From assembly GCF_900100185.1 (NCBI RefSeq), contig NZ_FNEN01000001.1, positions 246,220-270,219 of the forward strand: a DNA stretch of 24,000 bases, written 5' to 3'. Source of the DNA: Natribacillus halophilus (GTDB lineage Bacteria > Bacillota > Bacilli > Bacillales > Marinococcaceae). A program made the translations under genes and the position numbers. The notes below the pieces were generated by a model. It made no database searches. It saw nothing but the letters and a program-made list of their open reading frames with translations, and was not told the origin of the DNA. Every line of letters starts with the position of its first letter. The stretch's first letter is position 1. Positions 18,029 to 24,000 of the stretch are shown piece after piece.

Positions 18029-19267
18029 TCACCTCACCATTAACGCTAAATTGCCGGACGTGATAATGACCGTGATCGCGAGAAAAAACATCAGGCTTAC
18101 GACAGCGACAGCGGCGAATATAAACAACACCGTCTTGGCGAATATACTGAGACAGTCTCCGAGGGGGCCTCCCCCGAGCGGCTGCATAACGGCCGCGGAC
18201 ATCTGGAAAATCACCGCGAGGGCAAGAATTTTGAGTGCCGGAAAAGCGATGATGATAAAAAGGATCGCGAGTCCGGCCACACCAACCGTATTTTTCAACA
18301 GAAGCGAAGCGCCGATCACCGTATCGGTGGCATCTGTGAACATCCGTCCGACGACGGGGACGAAGTTGCCGGCGATATATTTGGCCGTCCGCACGGTAAC
18401 GCCATCGGTGACGGCAGCCGTCGCTCCCTGAACCGAAATCGCGGCCAGAAAAACGGTGAGGAACGCGCCCAGGACAGCCATGGCGACATTGCGAATCAGT
18501 GTGGCGAGTTTGGATAATTGAAATTTTTCACTCATCGTACTGATCACATGTAAAAGCGCGGAAACGAATATCAGCGGCAATACGAGACGCTCGATCAACA
18601 AACCGCTCGTATTCACGAGCACGATGATCAACGGATGGAACAACGCGGCCGATGAGGCGGCACCTGTCATGGCAAGGAGAGCAAGCAACATCGGCAAGAG
18701 AGCAATCAGGAAATTCACCATGCTCTCGACGGCCTCCTGCGCGTAAGACATGGCGACATAGAAACTGTTCATCGCGATGATGATAAGCACCGTGAATGTG
18801 ACGCTATAGGCGATTTTACTGACGGCGGCGTGTTCAAACGCGTTTTGTAGCGCCCGCAGCACCATCGTAAAGACGGTGAGCAAGAGCAGCGTACCGAGCA
18901 GCGTCACATTAGCCGTAATCTCGTTCAGCAGAAAACGAAGAAATGCTTGTCCCCAATCGGCGGGGTTAAACTGGCGTTCCCCCTGGAGAAAATCACTCAA
19001 ATCCCCGCGTTGGCTTTCCGGTAAAAACGATTCGTATTCGTTTTGCAGATCATCCCAAAACGTTTCGATCTCCGTAAGACCGAGCCTGTCCATCTGTTCA
19101 TCCATTTGCTCATCGAGCATGTCTTCAGCAGAAGGTAGAGCTTCCGTATCTTCCTCTTCGATGGGCAGCACCGGGCCCGATTCAGCATCTTCATCTTCAG
19201 CTGACACGATAAAAGGAACGCTTATCAAGATGACGACCGCGACCAAAGCTGCCCACTGCTTTTTCAT
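18029..19267 (-). CDS. spoIIIAE: stage III sporulation protein AE (polytopic membrane protein with signal peptide)
   Basis: 412 aa. It has a signal peptide (MKKQWAALVAVVILISVPFIVSA), an acidic extracytoplasmic segment, then about 7 TM helices. Size and position between spoIIIAD and spoIIIAF fit SpoIIIAE. Confidence 0.93.
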   Translation of the reverse strand: MKKQWAALVAVVILISVPFIVSAEDEDAESGPVLPIEEEDTEALPSAEDMLDEQMDEQMDRLGLTEIETFWDDLQNEYESFLPESQRGDLSDFLQGERQFNPADWGQAFLRFLLNEITANVTLLGTLLLLTVFTMVLRALQNAFEHAAVSKIAYSVTFTVLIIIAMNSFYVAMSYAQEAVESMVNFLIALLPMLLALLAMTGAASSAALFHPLIIVLVNTSGLLIERLVLPLIFVSALLHVISTMSEKFQLSKLATLIRNVAMAVLGAFLTVFLAAISVQGATAAVTDGVTVRTAKYIAGNFVPVVGRMFTDATDTVIGASLLLKNTVGVAGLAILFIIIAFPALKILALAVIFQMSAAVMQPLGGGPLGDCLSIFAKTVLFIFAAVAVVSLMFFLAITVIITSGNLALMVR

Positions 19268-19281
19268 ATTGACCCACTCTT

Positions 19282-19677
19282 TCAGCCTGGAATCAAGGAA
19301 ATGACCGTTTCGATTAAAACGTTGAAGATGGGCAGAGCCATCACAACGATCAATACTTTCCCGGCTAGCTCGATTTTTTGTGCGATCGCCCCTTCATCTG
19401 CATCCCTGGCGATTTGGGCACCGAATTCGGCAATATAGGCAATCCCGATAATCTTCAGCATCGTCTCCAGATAAATCATGTTAATATTTGCTTGATTGGC
19501 CAACGTTTCAATGAGTTGAAAAGCGATGACAATATGATCAAGCAAAAACAGAAAAATCATCGCACCGACGAATAACGTCAAAAGAAAAGCATAGGCCGGC
19601 TTTTGTTCCTTGACGATCATTGACAGAAAGGCAGCAACGAGACCAAAACCAACGATTTGAATCATGTCCAGCGACAT
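19282..19677 (-). CDS. spoIIIAD: stage III sporulation protein AD
   Basis: 131 aa. It contains IVKEQKPAYAFLL and LKIIGIAYIAEFGAQIARDADEGAIAQKIELAGKVLIVVMALPI, which closely match SpoIIIAD of B. subtilis as I recall it. Confidence 0.95.
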   Translation of the reverse strand: MSLDMIQIVGFGLVAAFLSMIVKEQKPAYAFLLTLFVGAMIFLFLLDHIVIAFQLIETLANQANINMIYLETMLKIIGIAYIAEFGAQIARDADEGAIAQKIELAGKVLIVVMALPIFNVLIETVISLIPG

Positions 19678-19681
19678 TGGA

Positions 19682-19888
19682 CTACCCTATGAAAAGAAAA
19701 ATGCTGCGAATTCTCTGGAAAAGATCATCGACGATGGTAGCGACCATATAAAGGATGACGACAAACCCGATCAAGGTGACCCACTGCGCCCAATCCTCTT
19801 TACCCATCTGTTTCAAGACGGTGTGTATCATGGCTACGACAATCCCGATTCCTGCGATTTGAAATATCGTATCGACATCATATCCCAC
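19682..19888 (-). CDS. spoIIIAC: stage III sporulation protein AC
   Basis: (V)GYDVDTIFQIAGIGIVVAMIHTVLKQMGKEDWAQWVTLIGFVVILYMVATIVDDLF is near-collinear with the 68-aa B. subtilis SpoIIIAC. I moved the start from the track TTG 19915 to GTG 19888 (GAAGGGGGG SD 7 nt upstream), which gives 68 aa. Confidence 0.93.
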   Translation of the reverse strand: MGYDVDTIFQIAGIGIVVAMIHTVLKQMGKEDWAQWVTLIGFVVILYMVATIVDDLFQRIRSIFLFIG

Positions 19889-19928
19889 CGCATTTCCCCC
19901 CTTCAAAGCGCCCAATGATCGTTCGTTT

Positions 19929-20441
19929 CTATATCATAACGATGATGGCGAGTAAACCGCCGAGAAACCCCAGCGATTTCGCCATTTTTTCATATTTTCG
20001 TTGCTCTTCAATCGCTTCATACTCTTCGGTGCGCAAATGCGCCAGCGTCAGTTGAATATATTTTTGCTGTTCCTCACGTCCGTGCTGACCGAGCGTTTGC
20101 CCGAACTGCAGGAGAACTTCTTTTTCCTTATGCCGTAAGGCGGTCTCCGACCAGTGCGCGTCGATGCTCTGTTCCCAGGCTTTTTCGCTGTCGATACTTT
20201 CATTTTCCAAATGGTAAGCAAAAGTAGAAAAAATGCGGGAAAGCGGTTCGCTGAGTGTCTGTTCCAATTTTCGGGATACGACGGGAAGCGGCGTATGTCC
20301 ATACATCACTTCTGCTTCCAGCATTTGCAAGGCGGTCGTCAACTGTCGAATTTGCCTTGACCGCCCCGAGAGACGCCGCGACCATTCAAAGCCGACCGCT
20401 GTCAGGGAAACGAGAATGAAGACGGCGCCGAGCCAGCTCAC
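19929..20441 (-). CDS. spoIIIAB: stage III sporulation protein AB
   Basis: (V)SWLGAVFILVSLTAVGFEWSRRLSGRSRQIRQLTTALQMLEAEVMYGHTPLP matches SpoIIIAB. I moved the start from the track position 20585 to GTG 20441 (GGAAGGTG SD 5 nt upstream). That start overlaps the spoIIIAA stop (GTGA), giving 170 aa against 171 aa in B. subtilis as I recall. Confidence 0.92.
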   Translation of the reverse strand: MSWLGAVFILVSLTAVGFEWSRRLSGRSRQIRQLTTALQMLEAEVMYGHTPLPVVSRKLEQTLSEPLSRIFSTFAYHLENESIDSEKAWEQSIDAHWSETALRHKEKEVLLQFGQTLGQHGREEQQKYIQLTLAHLRTEEYEAIEEQRKYEKMAKSLGFLGGLLAIIVMI

Positions 20442-21364
20442 GTTTTCACCTTCCCCGGCACGATAAGCTCTCCCTGTTTCGTTTCGTTCAAGAGGAGCAA
20501 GCGGTCGAAAAGCGGGCGCCCCGACGCTGTCCATAACAACTGCCGCTCTTCCATGTCTGCGATCGAGCGTCCATGCGCACTGCATATCACCGATACGCCG
20601 GCATTCATGGCTTCCCGTAAGGCCGTCTTGTCGTCTTCATGTCCGATTTCATCGACGATAAGAAGATCGGGACTCATCGCTCTTACGAGCATCATCATCC
20701 CTTCCGCTTTCGGACAACGGTCGAGCACATCGGTGCGAGGGCCAAGGTCATGTTGCGGCACCCCTTCAAAGGCAGCTGCAATTTCCGAGCGTTCATCGGC
20801 GATCGCCACTTTGCGCGAAGGAATGCGTTTTGACGTCTGCCCGTAACTGGCCGTCCGCGCAATATCCCTTAATAGAGTCGTTTTCCCCGATTGCGGAGGA
20901 CCTATGATTAATACGTTACGCCATTGTTTTTTAAACAATTCCGTCAGATAACGATCAGCCACCCCGTTCAGCTGCTGGGCAATGCGAATATTGAAAGAAC
21001 GCACATGTTTGAGCGTCTTCACTTTCCCTTGTTCAACGATCGTCTCACCGCCGAGCCCTACGCGATGACCGCCCGCTAACGTAAGGAAACCGTTACGTAG
21101 CTCTTCTTCAAAAGCATAGACTGAATGCTGGCTTAATTGGTTCATGACAAAGGCCGCATCATTTTTTGTGAGCGTATCGGTCTTCATAAAATAATGCTCA
21201 TGTTTGGAGATGACCTCGGGTGGACGATGGACGCGCAGGCGGATCTCTTCCAGGTTTTTCGTTTGCAAAACGGCGCGAATATCCGCTTTGAATCGTTCGG
21301 GAAGGAGCGCAACAATCGTCTTTTCTGAAATAACGGTCCTTTCCTTAAGCTGTGTATTCGTCAT
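20438..21364 (-). CDS. spoIIIAA: stage III sporulation protein AA (secretion-type ATPase)
   Basis: 308 aa. It contains Walker A LIIGPPQSGKTTLLRDIAR, then DERSEIAA, GVPQHDLGPRTDVLDRCPKAEGMMMLVRAMSPDLLIVDEIG and GVSVICSAHG. This is highly similar to B. subtilis SpoIIIAA as I recall it. Confidence 0.96.
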   Translation of the reverse strand: MTNTQLKERTVISEKTIVALLPERFKADIRAVLQTKNLEEIRLRVHRPPEVISKHEHYFMKTDTLTKNDAAFVMNQLSQHSVYAFEEELRNGFLTLAGGHRVGLGGETIVEQGKVKTLKHVRSFNIRIAQQLNGVADRYLTELFKKQWRNVLIIGPPQSGKTTLLRDIARTASYGQTSKRIPSRKVAIADERSEIAAAFEGVPQHDLGPRTDVLDRCPKAEGMMMLVRAMSPDLLIVDEIGHEDDKTALREAMNAGVSVICSAHGRSIADMEERQLLWTASGRPLFDRLLLLNETKQGELIVPGKVKT

Positions 21365-21462
21365 GAAGCATCAGCCCCAATTCTGTGATGACGTGGACAA
21401 TGACACGGGCAGTCGATAGTCGCCGGTCCAGGCAGGAATCTTGCCATAAAGCTTGCTTGTAC

Positions 21463-21487
21463 AATGTATGAATCCACTCGGATATTA
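21463..21487 (-). promoter_or_regulatory. possible sigma-E-type promoter of the spoIIIA operon (good -10, atypical spacing)
   Basis: The minus strand reads TAATATC-10 nt-CATACATT, about 100 nt upstream of the spoIIIAA ATG. CATACATT matches the sigma-E -10 consensus CATACA-T exactly. TAATATC resembles the -35 (kmATATT), but the spacer is about 4 nt shorter than the roughly 14 nt I recall as typical, so only the -10 is convincing. Confidence 0.3.
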
Positions 21488-21607
21488 GAACCTTGCGGCT
21501 GGATGTTTCATCGCCGATCAGCAATGTCTGTACATTTTATGCACTACGGGTGCGCGAGATGATGCTTTTGGGAAGTGATGGCGGATGGTGTGTTGGAAAA
21601 TTACAAG

Positions 21608-21904
21608 CGAATCGCATAAGGCGTTAAAGGATTCATACACCAACGGCCAACGTTGACGACCTAACGGCTTCTGTTATTGCGTGTTAGGGCTTCATAACCC
21701 AACGTTGACGACCTAACGGCTTCGGGTCTAGCGCGTTAGGGCTTCAACAACCTACATTGGCGACCTAACGGCTTCGGGTCTAGCGCGTTAGGGCTCCAAC
21801 AACCAACATTGGCGACCTAACGGCTTCGGCTCTAGCGCGTTAGGGCTTCAACAACCTACATTGGCGATCTAACGACTCTCGCCTTAGCGCGTTAGGGCAT
21901 CAAG
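21608..21904. repeat. tandem array of ~5.7 copies of a 52-bp unit
   Basis: Units start at 21657, 21709, 21761, 21813 and 21865, an exact 52-nt phase. A degenerate partial unit lies from about 21608. The consensus is CGACCTAACGGCTTCGGGTCTAGCGCGTTAGGGCTTCAACAACCTACATTGG. Units 2-4 differ from each other by 1-2 nt, and the edge units are more diverged. Each unit contains the inverted repeat CCTAACG-N15-CGTTAGG. No ORF spans the array. Confidence 0.9.
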
Positions 21905-21995
21905 TTGAAAAATGTCCGAAGTTTGGTCTGACTTATACTTAAGAGCAGTGGTCAATGAAAAATACGGTACGTGAAATTTTAATCTCGCAGTCATT

Positions 21996-22019
21996 AAAAA
22001 GAGCCCCTGCTCGAGGGGC
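21996..22019 (-). terminator. Rho-independent terminator of efp
   Basis: On the minus strand, GCCCCT-CGAGC-AGGGGC (6-bp GC stem) is followed by TCTTTTTAAT. It begins 5 nt after the efp TAG. Confidence 0.7.
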
Positions 22020-22024
22020 CCCTG

Positions 22025-22585
22025 CTATTGTGCTCTTTGTGTATATTCCCCTTTGCGGGTGTCGATGACGAGGACTTCTCCTTCCTCGATAAATAACGGC
22101 ACTTGCACCGTGTATCCTGTCTCGAGTTTCGCCGGTTTCGAACCCCCGGATGCCGTGTTCCCTTTAAGACCGGGTTCTGTTTCGATGACGGTCAACTCTA
22201 CGTTATTCGGCAATTCAATGCCAATCGTTTCATTTCCGTAAGAAATGATTTGCACTTCCATGTTTTCCTTTAAAAAATTAAGCTCGTACTTGAGTTGCTC
22301 GCTCGTCAATTCGATTTGATCGAACGTCTCCATATCCATAAAAGCGTGGGAGTCTCCGTCCGCGTATAAATATTGCATGCGATTTTTTTCAATATGAGCC
22401 CGGTTCACCTTTTCACCGGCGCGAAACGTTTTTTCCTGAATGTTTCCCGTACGCAGGCTTCTCAGCTTCGAGCGAACGAAGGCCGCTCCTTTGCCGGGTT
22501 TGACATGTTGAAAATCAACGACCGTCCAAATGTCACCATCGGTCTCGATCGTTAAGCCTGTGCGAAAATCGTTCACAGAGACCAT
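22025..22585 (-). CDS. efp: translation elongation factor P
   Basis: The 186-aa product starts [48 protein letters not shown], including the conserved KPGKG loop lysine. An AAAGGAGGG SD precedes the ATG. Confidence 0.98.
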   Translation of the reverse strand: MVSVNDFRTGLTIETDGDIWTVVDFQHVKPGKGAAFVRSKLRSLRTGNIQEKTFRAGEKVNRAHIEKNRMQYLYADGDSHAFMDMETFDQIELTSEQLKYELNFLKENMEVQIISYGNETIGIELPNNVELTVIETEPGLKGNTASGGSKPAKLETGYTVQVPLFIEEGEVLVIDTRKGEYTQRAQ

Positions 22586-22597
22586 GGTATCCCTCCT

Positions 22598-23668
22598 TTA
22601 TGCTTCGATTATTTTCAACGTCTTATCCGAGGTCGTAAGGCGTTCATTACCCTCTTCGGTAATGACGATATCGTCTTCGATCCGTACGCCGCCTTTACCC
22701 GGAAGATAAATACCCGGTTCAACGGTGACGACCATATCCGGTTCCAGTTGTAGATTTCCTTTCATGGACAGCCGGGGTTCTTCGTGAACGTCCATACCCA
22801 GGCCATGGCCAAGCCCGTGGCCGAAATATCCTTCATATCCTTCCGCGTAAATCAATTCTCGCGCGATGGCATCCGCTTCGATGCCGGTCATCCCGGCTTT
22901 AATCTTCTCCACACTTTTAAGCTGGGCCTGTAAAACCGTATCATAGACGTCGCGCAGTTCATCGCTGACTTCCCCAACCGCGACGGTACGGGTGATATCG
23001 GAACAATAGCCGTCATAATAAGCGCCGAAATCCATCGTAATCAGATCGCCTTTTTCGACCTGTTTGTCGCTGGCGACACCGTGCGGGCGTGCGCCGCGCT
23101 CTCCGGATGCAACAATGATATCAAACGATGACGATTCGGCACCTTGCTCACGCATAAAAAATTCAAGTTCATTGGCGATATCACGTTCACGGATCCCGGC
23201 CCTTATGTAGGTGACGATATGTTCAAAAGCAGCGTCGGCGATCCCTGCCGCTTTTTTCATCGTTTTCAGCTCATCCTGGCTTTTAAACATGCGAGGGTTT
23301 TCAACAATGCCGGCAACGGGGACGAGCTCCGCCGAAAACGCCTGATTGTATAGCTCGTATTTTTCATAACTCGTATACGCTTTTTCAAAACCCAGATACT
23401 GAACGCTCTCTTTCTCGAGCAGTTTTTGTATTTCTTCACTCATCGCGCCGTTTTCGTGCTGGACGATATCGAAATCTGCAGATTGACTTTTCGCTTGTTC
23501 AACGTATCGAAAGTCGGTAATCAAAAAAGCATCATTGGCTGTGAGTAGCACCGCTCCAGCCGTGCCCGTGAACCGGGAAAGATACCTGCGATTCGTCGGA
23601 CTATCAACGAGAAGGGCATCGATGCCTGCCTGTTCAAATTGCGTACGCACAACTTCGAGACGATTCAT
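22598..23668 (-). CDS. M24-family Xaa-Pro aminopeptidase (YqhT-like)
   Basis: 356 aa. It has an N-terminal creatinase-like domain and the M24 metal-binding signatures DFGAYYDGYCSDITRT, GHGLGHGLGMDVHE and VVTVEPGIY...GGVRIEDD. It sits directly upstream of efp, as yqhT does in B. subtilis. It has a strong AAAGGAGG SD. Confidence 0.93.
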   Translation of the reverse strand: MNRLEVVRTQFEQAGIDALLVDSPTNRRYLSRFTGTAGAVLLTANDAFLITDFRYVEQAKSQSADFDIVQHENGAMSEEIQKLLEKESVQYLGFEKAYTSYEKYELYNQAFSAELVPVAGIVENPRMFKSQDELKTMKKAAGIADAAFEHIVTYIRAGIRERDIANELEFFMREQGAESSSFDIIVASGERGARPHGVASDKQVEKGDLITMDFGAYYDGYCSDITRTVAVGEVSDELRDVYDTVLQAQLKSVEKIKAGMTGIEADAIARELIYAEGYEGYFGHGLGHGLGMDVHEEPRLSMKGNLQLEPDMVVTVEPGIYLPGKGGVRIEDDIVITEEGNERLTTSDKTLKIIEA

Positions 23669-23748
23669 GATTTTTCCTCCTTTACTAACCGTTACAGGTC
23701 AACATCCTCCATTCTAGCACAATTGTCCCCTTCCCGCGATGGATTTTT

Positions 23749-24000
23749 TCAGCCTCTTTTCTCGAATTGCAGCAACTCATATTCATAGGAAATGGAATAC
23801 CCGATAAAGACGCCATACATAATAAACAGACATAACGTCGTGACGATGGTCATGCCTTCCATATCAAAGAGGGGATCCAATTCAACGAACAATGGATTGG
23901 CTACAAAAAAAACAAGACCCCATAATACGGCTCCGAATAAAAGGCCCATCCACATGCCTCGGACACGGACAAGCACAAACCGATACAAAAAAGCGACCCC
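23749..24000 (-). CDS. integral membrane protein, 5' end probably beyond the window (possibly YqhR-like)
   Basis: The track ORF is 23749..23988 and starts at a TTG. The frame stays open to position 24000 (GVAF precedes it), so the gene likely begins outside the window. It has two hydrophobic helices (GLLFGAVLWGLVFFVANPLF and IVTTLCLFIMYGVFIGYSI). The YqhR assignment rests on position only. Confidence 0.45.
   Translation of the reverse strand, partial: GVAFLYRFVLVRVRGMWMGLLFGAVLWGLVFFVANPLFVELDPLFDMEGMTIVTTLCLFIMYGVFIGYSISYEYELLQFEKRG

Noticed and set aside
21608-21904. Possible CRISPR array, given the regularly spaced repeats.
   Set aside because: The whole 52-nt unit is repeated head to tail, including the part that would have to be spacer. 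There are no unique spacers, no cas genes in the window and no leader. It is a tandem direct repeat, not a CRISPR array.
21560-21995. Short ORFs in the efp-spoIIIAA gap: 21 aa on the plus strand from about 21560, and 35 aa on the minus strand from about 21993. They could be a remnant of yqhV.
   Set aside because: Neither has an SD or a hydrophobic membrane-protein character like YqhV. The minus-strand one starts inside the efp terminator T-tract and reads into the repeat array.

Overview
This is a core chromosomal segment of an endospore-forming Bacillaceae-type Firmicute, roughly 50% GC. Almost all genes are on the minus strand. Gene order matches the Bacillus subtilis region yqhR / Xaa-Pro aminopeptidase(yqhT) / efp / spoIIIAA-AH / (accBC) / yqhY(asp23) / nusB / folD / xseA / xseB / ispA / dxs / yqxC(tlyA) / ahrC(argR) / recN / spoIVB / spo0A ... 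bkdR-type sigma-54 activator. I recognise all eight spoIIIA genes, spo0A and spoIVB directly from the translations. Several ORF-track starts are over-extended, and I re-placed them using Shine-Dalgarno (SD) positions. One long CDS, the sigma-54 activator at 1..1905 (-), is missing from the track because it runs off the window. I see no defence island, mobile element, CRISPR array, tRNA or rRNA. This is an ordinary housekeeping and sporulation locus, and I found no clear novel multi-gene system. Four things the standard gene set does not explain: (1) about 5.7 tandem 52-bp repeats, each with an internal inverted repeat, in a 660-bp non-coding gap between efp and spoIIIAA; (2) a roughly 120-130-nt multi-hairpin element present twice (3458..3586 and 11970..12091), each copy ending on the minus strand in a terminator-like hairpin just upstream of a gene; (3) an uncharacterised 134-aa acidic protein where B. 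subtilis has accB-accC; (4) a SteA-like (actinobacterial-type) protein converging on a small membrane protein next to spo0A. All functional interpretations of these are inference and need whole-genome and experimental checks.
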